The notes under the pieces: generated by a model
Database searches by the model: none
Told to the model about the DNA's origin: nothing
The model's input: the letters and a program-made list of their open reading frames with translations, nothing else
Source: a virus
Lineage: Duplodnaviria; Caudoviricetes
DNA: 36,841 nt
Virus record (IMG/VR): IMGVR_UViG_3300017747_003994
Span: 1-36,841 of that record
Direction: 5' to 3' (one strand)
Translations under genes and position numbers: made by a program
Shown: in pieces, positions 26,428 through 36,841 of the stretch
Layout: the number at the start of each line of letters is the position of its first letter
How positions within the stretch are numbered: the stretch's first letter is position 1

Positions 26428-29400
26428 TAGAACAAAATGAAAATGGTTTACCAGTATTAAATACTGGTACATATTATCAAGGATTAAAAACAAGTCCTGA
26501 ACAAGCTCGTGTTGAACAACAAATGAATCAAAATATGATTAGCAATGACGTAGAGCTTATGGCTATGCGTGATGTTATTCAAAGAGAAATGCCAGGAATG
26601 CAATTTGGTTTTTCAGAAGATTTTGTTCAAGAACGTGGTTTAAATAATCAAGGTGCTTTAATGGATTTTATGAGTGGCTTTTACAATGCTGGTGTACAAG
26701 CTGTAGAAGGTATTACTGCTCTTCCGGGTGCTATAGGATTAATGGCTGGTGCTGGTGAAGGTAGTTGGGCTGATAAATGGGTAAACAATGTAGATAAGTG
26801 GGCTGATGGATTAGAAATAAATTATTCTGATGCTGGTCAAAAAGGAATTTTTGGTGGCGGTGGAATTGCGGGATTATGGGCTGGATTTGGTAATGGTATT
26901 GGTACTGTTGCTACAATAATGCTTGGTGGCGGTGCAGCTAGTAAATTAGCTGGTGGTGCTTCTACAATAGCAAAAGCGGGGCAAGGAGTAAGAGCATTAG
27001 ATGTTGTAAATAAAGCTGTAAATACTTCTAAATGGAGTACTCGTGTTGGTGGATTTATGACAGGTACTGCTCAAATGTACCCAATGGTTTATGATGAAGC
27101 AAGAGCCGCTGGAATTGAACCAGGTGATGCAATGAGATATGCAATGTCTGTTGCTGGATTAATTTCTACAACTGAAGTTGTAGGTTTAGAATGGATTGGT
27201 AATAGTATTTCAAAACCTATTTCTCAAAAAGCCGCTAGAGAATCAGTTCGTGAAACTTTACTTGAAGCTTCAAAAAAAGGTCTTACTGCAGAAACATTAA
27301 CTAATACAATTCCTGTTTCATTAAAAGGTTATGCTAATAAAATGAGGGCTTATGGTCCAAAAATTTTTGAAGGTATGGCTGTTGAAGGCACACAAGAATT
27401 TGCACAAACTTATATTGAAGAAGGTGCAAAAGAAATGTGGAATGCTACTTTAGCAAATGAAAAAAATAAATTTCAAGGTCCAGGTATTGGTTCTTGGGAT
27501 ACGTTTTTAAAAGCTGTTGAAGGAGGTTTAATTGGTGGACTTGTTGGAGGTTCTATGGGCGGTGGTGGAACATTTTTTAATGCAAAACTTTTAGGTCGTG
27601 GAATTCAAGGAGAATCAGCATATAACATTGTAAAAACTGATGTTGAAAAAGGTTCATCAAAAAATGTTAGTGCATTAAAAGGAATGGTTTTAAAAAGTCA
27701 AGCAAATGGAGATTATACTCAGGATGAAGCTTTAAAAATAAATACATACATTGATGATATGTATAAGTTTGCTGTTTCTACTAAAGGAATTCCTTTAATG
27801 GATGGCATTTCAAATTATCAATTGTATCAGTTATATCAAACAGAAAATACAATTAAAAACACAGAAGAATTACAAGGAGCAAGAATGCTTGTTGATAATC
27901 CTGTTTTAAGTAAATCATATAAAGTTCGTAAAGACAAATCTAAAGCTATTACTGCTCAATTAAGTAGTGAAATGGAAACGATTATTGAAAAAGGTAAGGC
28001 TACTGGTAATCGTGAAGAGTTTGATAAAAAAATGAATGGTTATATTCGTTTGTATGATAAAGTTGCAAAAAATAAAATTACTTCAGATCAATTAGCTACT
28101 GAATTAGAATCATTAGCTTACAATAAAGAAGCTGCTAAACAACGTTCAGAAAAACTTGCTCCACAAACAAAAGAACAGAAAGCCCAAGGAACAACGAGTG
28201 CTGATGAATTTATTACTATAAAAGGACAGAAGGTTTCTAAGAAGTTTGTTGATGACAACAACTTTGAAGATGTGATGAACGATGTAAAGAAAAATGTTGT
28301 TGACCAAACTGATGAAGCGATAAAGGAAAAAGGTAAAAAGGAATTAGAGGCTAAATATGGTATTTCTTACGATGCTTTGGCTGAAATGTATGATGATATG
28401 CCAACGGCAGAGAAAGAGTGGAATGATGCAAAGCAAAAGAAAGCTGAACCAAAAGTTATTACTGCTCCAATAGAAAATTTTGTTCCTACTGAAGATTTAA
28501 AAACAAAGGATGAAAAGATTGTTGATGAAATTGTAGAATCAATTAAAGCGGGAAAAGAAATTGAATCAATTGAAACCATTGAAACCAATGATGGTAAACA
28601 ACATATTATTGATGGACATCATAGATACCTTGCATATAAAAAAGCGGGAATAAAAAATATTCCATTTAAAGAAGCGAGTAAAGAATCGATTGAAAAGTGG
28701 GAAGAAAAAAATAATTCTTATAAAGATGCTTCCGATTCATCACTTGATATGGCAATTAAAAAATTGTCTGAAACTAAAAATCGTACTTCAGAAGAAGATT
28801 TTTTTCTTTCTCAGGCTAAAGAAGAAAAAGCAAGGAGAGATAAGAAAAAAAATGTTGCTCCTAAAAATAAATATTCTGATTTAGTTGATAAAACTGTTTC
28901 TGAAAAAGAACTTGATGCTATTACTGACCAAGCAACAAAGGAAAATTTATATACTCCTGAGTTGATGAATGAAATAGCTAAAAAGCGTGAATCATTTAAA
29001 GAAAAAAATGATAATTTAAAATCTTTATCCGAAGAAGAATTAACTGAAAAAATTTTTGAAAAAGAGAAAGAGATTTATAATTTAGGTGCAGAGCCAAATG
29101 TTTTTAAATTAACTCAAAAAACTAAAGAATTAAATGAGTTAAAAAATGAACGTGATTCAAGAAATAAAAAAATAAAACCTAAAGAAGAAATTAAGTCAAT
29201 TGAAGAAACTGTTGGTAAAAAAGTAAATTATAGAGGGCAAGAAGGAACTTTAATTAAAGAAGACGATGGTACTTATGGTGTTGAAGTTGGTAATCGTATT
29301 TATGATTTAGGTAAGGATGGCAAACAAACATTGTCTGGTCTTGGAATTACAGAAACAGTTGAAGTTAAAAAAGAAACTGTTGTTCAAAAGAAAAGAAGCT

Positions 29401-32400
29401 CACGTAAAAAACAAAAACAATATTCTGTTAAGGTAACTGATGAGAATACTGTCGAAGTTGATGGTGAACAATATCAAATACAAACTGATGAAAAAGGAAA
29501 TATTATTTCATTAAAAAATGATAAAAGAACCATTCGTCAGGAACAAGCTTTAGTTGATGCAGAAATTCAAAGAAATCGATTAGACTTACAAAAAGAAATT
29601 CCTGAAACGATTGAGCAAGTTAATGAGCAAATAGTTGAACAAGGAGTTAGTAAAAAAGAAATAAACGATATTGATAGCATGATGGAAGCTGGATTAACTA
29701 ATCAGCTTGCTTCGTTATTAAATGAAGGTATTCCAGAAAATATATCCGAATTTAATACAGAATTTATACCGGAAGATTTATTAGAAGAATTAAAAGCATA
29801 CATTAAAGCAAAGTTAATTCGTATCAATCAATCTTATCCTAATAGTGATTATGCTCAAGCAATAAAAGAAACTTTAATTGAATTACAAAAACAAATAATT
29901 ACTGAATATGAAAACGAATTTGAACAATCCGAAACAGAAACTCCTACTGAAAATAAAACAGAAAGCACTGAACAAATTACTGAAAAAGAATTTGATGAAA
30001 AAAGAGATGAAATAGTAAAAAATATTCAAGGATTTGGTGTGGATGTTGATTATTTTGAAGATATGCCAAAAGTATTAGTAAATACAATGGATAGAATAGA
30101 TTCTAATATTCCTGTTGATCCACAAGCATTAAAAGAGTCTTCTGATTATTTATATAATAAATATCAGGATTTTATTTTAATGAAATCAAATCCTGAGCGA
30201 ATGCTTACAATTGAACAAATAAATAATATTATTAGTCAATTAGAAGAAGATATTACAAAAATTGATAATTATTTAACAGAACAAAAAACTAATGACTCTC
30301 AACCGAGTTTGCAAAATGAGTCTGTTGATAATCCTCAATTAGACATGTTTCCTTCGGATAAAAAACTTAAACAGTTAATCAAGCCGAATGAAAAGGTTAA
30401 ACCAAAAGAACAGCGTGAGTTTACTTCTCAGTCTTCCATCGATACATTAATCAGTGAAAATCCTGAATTGTATTCTCGTATATTAATGCACTTCCAAAAG
30501 ATATTCCCAGGTGTTCCTGTTCGCCAACTCAAAGAAGCTTTGCGTAAAGCCGGACCAAGAACAATCGGTAGATTAATTGAAGGAGTAATTGAGATTGACC
30601 CAAAGAACGCACGTCAATCAACAATCATCCATGAGTACGCACATATTTTTGTGGAGTTACTTGGTAAAGACCATCCTTGGGTTAAAGCGGGATTAAAGAC
30701 CGTTGAAGGAACTCTTTATGACCAGTGGGCAAAAGAAACCTATCCTGATAAAACTCGTGAAGAGCAACTAGAAGAAGCGTTGGTACAAGCTATCGCTGAA
30801 ACTTCTCTTGATTCATTGAACCGTAATTTTAATAATGGTATGCTCGGTAAATTTATGGATTGGTTATCGAGATTTTGGAATAAGGTGAAAGCATTGTTCC
30901 CTAAAACTCTCGCTCCCGATGTCATTAAATTACTTTCCGATACAATGACTTTTGCTAATCAGTCAATCAATGTTCCTATTGGAAGATTGGCAGGAACAAA
31001 TGCAGAGATGCGTATTAATACTGACCAAAAATCTTTGATGGATGTTGGTGTAAATAGTATGATGCTTCGTAGAATTGAAATGATGTACAACAATGATTAT
31101 ATAGGACAAGATATTAATCCTCGTGATCCAAGTGTATATTATCATTTTGCTTTATCTGAACTTAGAAAAACTTTTGAAAGAGAATTTAAGGATGATCCAA
31201 AAGGAACAATTCAAGGTTTTAATAATATAAATTATGTTCCTACTGGTGATGAAGTAAAAGACCAGAATGCTTTTAATATGGCATTTATGTCAGCCAATCC
31301 ACAAGTTAATGAAAGGCTTTCTCGTGCTGCAACTAATATAGCAAATTCAAATACTGAAATTAAGTTTGATGAAGATGGTAAGGATGTAATTGCAAAGGAT
31401 AGTGCTAGTGCTGTAAAAAGATTAAGAGCATTAAATGATACTATTACTTCTGTTATTAATTCATTGGTTGATGATGAAGGTCATTTAATTGGTAAGGATA
31501 ATGTTACAAAATACATTACTGATATTAACCAACAAGGATATGATTTGGTTGAATTGATTAATGAGGATGCTAGAAATAATGGAACTATTGAGTCTGTTCG
31601 TTTATCTGAATTATTTAAAGAATTAGAAAATACTCCTGATGTTAGACAATCATTTATTACGGAATTACATTCTCTTGCTCAGGAAAAAAGCAATGCTCAC
31701 ATTATTGAAAATAAGGAAACTGTTATTTTTCGTTCTCCTAATGAAGCTGAACTTGAATCAGGTGAATATTCAGAAGGTGATACAGTTAAAGATACTGTAA
31801 TGCTTCCTCGTGTATTTTCTAAAATTCAAAATAAAAATGAGAAAATTACAAGTGCAGTTACAGATGTAATGAATCAACTAAAAGAATTCAAAAGTGATTT
31901 TAAAACATATTTTAATGAAGTTATTAGTAAAGTAGAAAAATATTTTTTAATCAAGGATAATGGTATTATGGAAATTCGTCCAAAGGATAAATTTTTACCA
32001 AAAGATAAACAATTAGAACCATTAAAATATTATGATAAAAATGGTTTAACTGATACTCAAATTGAAGAAGTTTATGATTATTTAGAAAATAATTTTAAAG
32101 AATTTATTCAAGCAATAAATGATATTCTTGCAAGTAGTCAAATTAAAATTACTCCTGAGTATATCAATAATAATTTACTTGGAAAAATTCCAGCTGGATT
32201 AAAAGAATCTAATCCATTAGAATATAAAAGACAAGTTATTCAGAAAAAAACAAACATGATGTCTGATATACTTCGTGTTGTTAAAAATGTAAATAGATAC
32301 AATGGTGAAAAGCCAGATATTCAGTCTTACATAAAAGGTATTGTTGAGGCTTCAGATAGTATAAGTGAGTTATCAGCTGGATTTATTAGTGTGACTGGAG

Positions 32401-35400
32401 CAAATAAACCATCTATTTCATTAGGTGATTATTTATCTGATATTTCTCGTTTGATACGAACAAATTTAAAACACCAAGCAGAAATGCTTAAAAACAAACT
32501 ATACAAAAATAATCCAATAGTTAAAAAGATTATTGAAGGTAAGTTTGGATATCAAATTTTAGATGGTGTAGATAATATTGAAACAAATAAATCTAGAGAA
32601 TACGGCAAGTTTACAGAAACAGATATGTTACTAAATGCACTTATCAATTATTCTGTTGGCTCTGAAACCGAGTATCAACAAAATCCAATGATTAATGCTG
32701 ATCGTGATATGATGTTTACTGTTTCAGCTACAAGATATACTACTGATGAACAGTTAAAAAATGAATTGAATAATATCAAATCAAACCTTCAGGAGTTATT
32801 AGATAAATCAAAAAACAAAGCAAAGACTATTGAAACAATTAAAAATACTTCTCTTTTTGATGTTGTTAATGGTAAAGTTTTAAGCCCTTACGATAAAGGA
32901 GTTTATAGTAGAAATGATTTAATAAAAAATTCTATTGATTCTATTAAACAGGTTTTGAAAAATACAAACATGGAACAAACATTTACTGCTATGTTCATGA
33001 ATAAAAATTCAACTCTTGATTATAAGAAAACTGTTGACGGAAAGGTTGTTCCTAATATTGAAAAAATTATTGGACACTTCCTATTGAATGATACTATTAA
33101 TCGTATTTACGCTACCGATATTTTAATTGGTCAAATGGCTGATTATAAAAATACATTTGATGTAATTAAACGTGCTGGTGGAGCAACAAGTAATGGAACA
33201 TTAGTACAAGTTCCAGATGTAATGGTTATTGTATTAGATACGGAAGGTCTTTCTGATTCAATGTCTATTAATGGTTCTCATTTTGCTGATTTTATTAAAC
33301 AAATGATTGGTGAACTTGATACTGTTGGATTGAATATGAAAGATGTTGTTTTTCAAGTTCAACCTGACGGTAAATCATTGTTCTTAAAAATGTCTTCATT
33401 AAATACTTTTAGAAAAGGAGATACAACTTCTTTAGCTGAATTAAATGGAAATACCGATTCTGAATTTAATTATAAAAATATTGGTGATGCTATTATTAAA
33501 CTTGAAAATTTAATTGAACAAAAAACAGGAAAAAAACAAAAGATTAAAATTGTAGATAGTAAGGCTGTAAAAGGAACTCAACAAGTTTCTAAAGAAAACA
33601 TTATGACATTAAAAGATTTTATGGCTAATGTAAATAATGGAAATGTTGATGCTATAAATAAAACATCGATGACTACTGATTTTAATGGTTATCGTATTCC
33701 TTTTAATATGACTAAAAATATTTCTGAAAAAGAAATTGATAAACAAAAGTCTGTTGCTTCTACTCAGTTATTAAAAATTCTTCAAAGTTTTTCTACCAAT
33801 GAAGATAATACTGCTTTTGAAAATAGTATTGTAGAAACATTACTTTCTAATCTTGGTGTTCCAAATGGAGAAGGTATTTCTAAGTCTGATACATACAAAG
33901 ATCTTAATAGTAAAACAAACTTTATTAAAAAGATGCTTGATGATTCTGGTGATAGAAAAGATTCTCAGATAACTAAGTTAATGCGTGAGATTGTTAAATG
34001 GAATGAAACAATACAAGCACAATTAAATGATGCTTATAAAATAAAAAATGATAAAAATTCTACTGAACAACAAATTAAAGATGCTAATCAAAAGATTTCA
34101 GAATTAAATGATGAGTTTGCTTATACGGCTGACCATCCTAAAATGAAACATATTATGGAGCAAATGGTAGCTTCATCATTACATCGTGATGGTATTCGTT
34201 TAGAAATTCCTGGACAGTATTTACACAACATTCCTAATTATAGTTCCGATTTAAAATGGTATAGAAATGAAAATGGTAAACAAGAGTTTCCAGAGGTAGG
34301 AATGCCTTGGTCAATGTTTGGCAAAACTCGTGAAGAGGCTGAGGAAAATTTAAAAAACAATCCATCTCTTCGTGATGTTTCTATTGTTCGTGTTCCCGCT
34401 TCTGGTCCAATGTCAGCATTTAGAGGTCGTGTAAAATACCTTATTGATGGCGATTCAAATACATGTATTCTTCCAAAAGAATTTATGGATAAAGCTGGTG
34501 CAGATAACGATGGTGATAAAACTTTTGTTTATCGTAGAGATATTGATAAATCAGGTACAACAAAAGATTCTGCTGCAAATAAAATTGTAGATTTCTTTTT
34601 AAATCAAATGTCAAAACCTGAATATATTGAACAGGCACAAACATCTGTTGATTCAAATGAATTTAAAGAATTTTTAGAACAAGCTGAACTTTATAATGAC
34701 AATTCTTATACGGTGAGTAATCCTGTTGATATGGCTACCACTCAGTCTAAAATGAACTTTGCTCAGGATGGTATTGGTGTGGCTGCTGTTGGTATGAAAA
34801 TGATGAATGTACTTTCTCAGGTAGGAGCTAAATTAAAATCACCTATTGGTTTTAATTATGAGTTTGATGGTAAAAACAGAAAGTTTAGTACAAATAAATA
34901 TCTTTCTGATTTTACAAGAAAACAGTTTAAGGATATGGCTTTGTTTGTTCAGGCTATTGTCGATATGATTAAAGATCCGTACATTTTAGGTATGGGTGTT
35001 AATCAAAATAATTTGGGTGTTGCTTCTTTGCTTTTACAATTAGGTGTAGATAACAAAAGTATTACTGGATTTTTAACCGATCCTGCTATTGTAAGATATC
35101 AAAAGATGGTTGATGAATCAAATAATATTTATTCTACTAATTATAGTAAATCTCCTAAAACTATTTTGGAAGAGTACGTTAAAAAAATGGAAGGAAAGGA
35201 TATCAGTAATCAAAGAACTAAAGCTGTTCTTTTTGAAGCTGGACTTACTGAGCCTATATTTGATAGTCTTCCTCCAGGAACGTATCAATTTAATGGTAAA
35301 AGTTATAATGTTTATGCTGTTACCGTTGATGGAAAAACAGGATATAAACGAGCTGAACTTATTTCTGGTGAAGAGCAAAAGGATTTGGATATAATTAAGA

Positions 35401-36841
35401 AATTTGTAGAATTACAAGCTATTGCTTCTGATGTTTTTGATTTATCTTCTATTGTACAAATGGATGGTAGTTTACCTAACAGTAGTTTTGAAGCTCGTCA
35501 GAAGTTTGAAAAAATGGAAAGCATTAAAAAAGGAAATTCTAAAATTAATACAGGAACATTTTTTGAACGTCCATTATTTAATCATTATTACAATGTTTTA
35601 AAAGCTGAAAATGATTTATACAAGAATAGATTTATTACAAACATTGATGAAATAAATTCTATTAATGATGAGATTAAGACTAATTTCAAAATGCCAGAGG
35701 ACAAAATTAAAAAACAGATTGATCGTGTGTTTTTAAATATTCTTTTTCAAAAATTTATGAATAAAGAATTTCAAAGAATAAAAAGAGTTCTTGGTATTTC
35801 AGTTAAGCCTATTGAAAATAGTAAGCAGTTTATTAATCGATTATCGTCAATGGTTAATATTGCTCAAAAGATGGCTAAAGGTAAAGAATTTGATGTTCTT
35901 GATTCATCTGGTGAACCAATGGTTGCTGGAGATATTGGTTTTAATGAGATTTCAAATGTTATTAAAGAAAACAATAGTGATACTGGCAAATTAAAAAGAG
36001 TTGCTTTAGAATGGCAGAATTCAGGTAATATTGCTTTTGAAGAATTAGTACCGGCACTTAATAAAAATATTGAGTTTTTAGAAACGTTGCCAGCCGATAT
36101 TAAAGCTATTGGGGATAATTTATTTATTCAATCTTTACAAGTAGAAACAAAAACAAATAAGTCTGGTGAACAAATTACTTTGATTAAACCAAGAAATGAT
36201 TATTATTCTGCTTCACAAACTTATAGAGAAATGGTTCAAAAAGCATTTACTGAATTACCAATGCCTGTGCAACTTGAATTATTACAATATCAAATTTTAC
36301 GTCATGGTATTTCAGATGCTAGAGGAACATTATTTGATATGATACCTTATCGTGATTTAAAAAATACTCAGATTGGTCTTGACCTTAGTAAATTTATGAA
36401 ATACAATACTGTTAAGCATAATAAGATAAAAGATAAAAATGCTTTTGGTAAAAGTTTTTTAACTAAGAATATGCCTATTCTAAAGAAGAATGCTATACTG
36501 TCTTTACAATCTAAATTAAACAACTTTAATTTGAATAAAAAGGTTTATAGTAAGTATGCTGATTCAAAAGGAAACATTAGATTGAAATCATTAATGAATT
36601 CTTCTCAGATGAGAGATTTTGGAAGTGGTCAATATTCTAATGAGCAATTATTAGAACTTGTAGGAAAAACAATATCTTCAATGGATTATAAGTCGTTCTT
36701 TAATTTTGCTAATGCAAATAATCCAACTTCATTTAATCTAACTATTGATGGTAAAAAAATTGCTTATGAAGTAAATATGGAAGCGATTAAATCATGGTTA
36801 GAATCGGCTCCACGTGATGCTAATGGTTCTTTGACTGAATC
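26424..36841 (+). CDS. Giant virion-associated RNA polymerase polyprotein (>3470 aa, truncated at window end; absent from the ORF track)
   Basis: ATG 26424 (MIEQNENGLPVLNTG...). In-frame motifs: DGHHR (28611), HEYAH (30630), KRAGG (~33168), LFLKMS (~33378), KAVKG, STQLLK, RVPASG (34389), GADNDGDK (34497-34520), AIVDMIKDP (~34953). The track shows no stop-terminated ORF in this frame. Confidence 0.92.
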   Translation, partial: MIEQNENGLPVLNTGTYYQGLKTSPEQARVEQQMNQNMISNDVELMAMRDVIQREMPGMQFGFSEDFVQERGLNNQGALMDFMSGFYNAGVQAVEGITALPGAIGLMAGAGEGSWADKWVNNVDKWADGLEINYSDAGQKGIFGGGGIAGLWAGFGNGIGTVATIMLGGGAASKLAGGASTIAKAGQGVRALDVVNKAVNTSKWSTRVGGFMTGTAQMYPMVYDEARAAGIEPGDAMRYAMSVAGLISTTEVVGLEWIGNSISKPISQKAARESVRETLLEASKKGLTAETLTNTIPVSLKGYANKMRAYGPKIFEGMAVEGTQEFAQTYIEEGAKEMWNATLANEKNKFQGPGIGSWDTFLKAVEGGLIGGLVGGSMGGGGTFFNAKLLGRGIQGESAYNIVKTDVEKGSSKNVSALKGMVLKSQANGDYTQDEALKINTYIDDMYKFAVSTKGIPLMDGISNYQLYQLYQTENTIKNTEELQGARMLVDNPVLSKSYKVRKDKSKAITAQLSSEMETIIEKGKATGNREEFDKKMNGYIRLYDKVAKNKITSDQLATELESLAYNKEAAKQRSEKLAPQTKEQKAQGTTSADEFITIKGQKVSKKFVDDNNFEDVMNDVKKNVVDQTDEAIKEKGKKELEAKYGISYDALAEMYDDMPTAEKEWNDAKQKKAEPKVITAPIENFVPTEDLKTKDEKIVDEIVESIKAGKEIESIETIETNDGKQHIIDGHHRYLAYKKAGIKNIPFKEASKESIEKWEEKNNSYKDASDSSLDMAIKKLSETKNRTSEEDFFLSQAKEEKARRDKKKNVAPKNKYSDLVDKTVSEKELDAITDQATKENLYTPELMNEIAKKRESFKEKNDNLKSLSEEELTEKIFEKEKEIYNLGAEPNVFKLTQKTKELNELKNERDSRNKKIKPKEEIKSIEETVGKKVNYRGQEGTLIKEDDGTYGVEVGNRIYDLGKDGKQTLSGLGITETVEVKKETVVQKKRSSRKKQKQYSVKVTDENTVEVDGEQYQIQTDEKGNIISLKNDKRTIRQEQALVDAEIQRNRLDLQKEIPETIEQVNEQIVEQGVSKKEINDIDSMMEAGLTNQLASLLNEGIPENISEFNTEFIPEDLLEELKAYIKAKLIRINQSYPNSDYAQAIKETLIELQKQIITEYENEFEQSETETPTENKTESTEQITEKEFDEKRDEIVKNIQGFGVDVDYFEDMPKVLVNTMDRIDSNIPVDPQALKESSDYLYNKYQDFILMKSNPERMLTIEQINNIISQLEEDITKIDNYLTEQKTNDSQPSLQNESVDNPQLDMFPSDKKLKQLIKPNEKVKPKEQREFTSQSSIDTLISENPELYSRILMHFQKIFPGVPVRQLKEALRKAGPRTIGRLIEGVIEIDPKNARQSTIIHEYAHIFVELLGKDHPWVKAGLKTVEGTLYDQWAKETYPDKTREEQLEEALVQAIAETSLDSLNRNFNNGMLGKFMDWLSRFWNKVKALFPKTLAPDVIKLLSDTMTFANQSINVPIGRLAGTNAEMRINTDQKSLMDVGVNSMMLRRIEMMYNNDYIGQDINPRDPSVYYHFALSELRKTFEREFKDDPKGTIQGFNNINYVPTGDEVKDQNAFNMAFMSANPQVNERLSRAATNIANSNTEIKFDEDGKDVIAKDSASAVKRLRALNDTITSVINSLVDDEGHLIGKDNVTKYITDINQQGYDLVELINEDARNNGTIESVRLSELFKELENTPDVRQSFITELHSLAQEKSNAHIIENKETVIFRSPNEAELESGEYSEGDTVKDTVMLPRVFSKIQNKNEKITSAVTDVMNQLKEFKSDFKTYFNEVISKVEKYFLIKDNGIMEIRPKDKFLPKDKQLEPLKYYDKNGLTDTQIEEVYDYLENNFKEFIQAINDILASSQIKITPEYINNNLLGKIPAGLKESNPLEYKRQVIQKKTNMMSDILRVVKNVNRYNGEKPDIQSYIKGIVEASDSISELSAGFISVTGANKPSISLGDYLSDISRLIRTNLKHQAEMLKNKLYKNNPIVKKIIEGKFGYQILDGVDNIETNKSREYGKFTETDMLLNALINYSVGSETEYQQNPMINADRDMMFTVSATRYTTDEQLKNELNNIKSNLQELLDKSKNKAKTIETIKNTSLFDVVNGKVLSPYDKGVYSRNDLIKNSIDSIKQVLKNTNMEQTFTAMFMNKNSTLDYKKTVDGKVVPNIEKIIGHFLLNDTINRIYATDILIGQMADYKNTFDVIKRAGGATSNGTLVQVPDVMVIVLDTEGLSDSMSINGSHFADFIKQMIGELDTVGLNMKDVVFQVQPDGKSLFLKMSSLNTFRKGDTTSLAELNGNTDSEFNYKNIGDAIIKLENLIEQKTGKKQKIKIVDSKAVKGTQQVSKENIMTLKDFMANVNNGNVDAINKTSMTTDFNGYRIPFNMTKNISEKEIDKQKSVASTQLLKILQSFSTNEDNTAFENSIVETLLSNLGVPNGEGISKSDTYKDLNSKTNFIKKMLDDSGDRKDSQITKLMREIVKWNETIQAQLNDAYKIKNDKNSTEQQIKDANQKISELNDEFAYTADHPKMKHIMEQMVASSLHRDGIRLEIPGQYLHNIPNYSSDLKWYRNENGKQEFPEVGMPWSMFGKTREEAEENLKNNPSLRDVSIVRVPASGPMSAFRGRVKYLIDGDSNTCILPKEFMDKAGADNDGDKTFVYRRDIDKSGTTKDSAANKIVDFFLNQMSKPEYIEQAQTSVDSNEFKEFLEQAELYNDNSYTVSNPVDMATTQSKMNFAQDGIGVAAVGMKMMNVLSQVGAKLKSPIGFNYEFDGKNRKFSTNKYLSDFTRKQFKDMALFVQAIVDMIKDPYILGMGVNQNNLGVASLLLQLGVDNKSITGFLTDPAIVRYQKMVDESNNIYSTNYSKSPKTILEEYVKKMEGKDISNQRTKAVLFEAGLTEPIFDSLPPGTYQFNGKSYNVYAVTVDGKTGYKRAELISGEEQKDLDIIKKFVELQAIASDVFDLSSIVQMDGSLPNSSFEARQKFEKMESIKKGNSKINTGTFFERPLFNHYYNVLKAENDLYKNRFITNIDEINSINDEIKTNFKMPEDKIKKQIDRVFLNILFQKFMNKEFQRIKRVLGISVKPIENSKQFINRLSSMVNIAQKMAKGKEFDVLDSSGEPMVAGDIGFNEISNVIKENNSDTGKLKRVALEWQNSGNIAFEELVPALNKNIEFLETLPADIKAIGDNLFIQSLQVETKTNKSGEQITLIKPRNDYYSASQTYREMVQKAFTELPMPVQLELLQYQILRHGISDARGTLFDMIPYRDLKNTQIGLDLSKFMKYNTVKHNKIKDKNAFGKSFLTKNMPILKKNAILSLQSKLNNFNLNKKVYSKYADSKGNIRLKSLMNSSQMRDFGSGQYSNEQLLELVGKTISSMDYKSFFNFANANNPTSFNLTIDGKKIAYEVNMEAIKSWLESAPRDANGSLTE

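Noticed and set aside
28367-35994. Track ORFs within 26.4-36.8 kb, and the apparent 10-kb gene desert
   Set aside because: The region is one giant plus-strand ORF omitted because it has no stop in the window; the small ORFs are shadows.
4208-36841. Stop-codon reassignment (TAG to Gln or TGA to Trp) as in some crAss lineages
   Set aside because: Multi-kb genes are uninterrupted in code 11, and TGA and TAG serve as real stops (e.g. 4762, 6645, 14605, 26427).

Overview
This is a ~37 kb segment of a crAss-like (Crassvirales-type) Bacteroidota phage genome read in the standard genetic code. 1-1.9 kb is a leftward array of small genes punctuated by six copies of a conserved 20-nt hairpin-forming motif. 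1.9-2.4 kb is a non-coding strand-switch region. 2.4-4.2 kb holds small ORFs, Bacteroidota-type TAnnTTTG promoters and two candidate structured or small RNAs. 4.2-20.5 kb is a compact head-tail module: TerS, TerL, portal, scaffold-like protein, MCP, ring proteins, auxiliary capsid-like protein, IHF-like protein and muzzle. 20.5 kb to the end encodes ejected cargo proteins, including a GH73 muramidase fusion and a giant (>3470 aa) ORF missing from the ORF track (26424 to the window end). That ORF fuses a membrane-like N-terminus, a ParB/Srx domain, a zincin protease and a two-barrel virion RNA polymerase with a DNDGD active site. The most interesting candidate system is the repeated motif array, which may be the promoters read by this virion RNAP. 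Assignments rest on recognised motifs and synteny; no database search was run.
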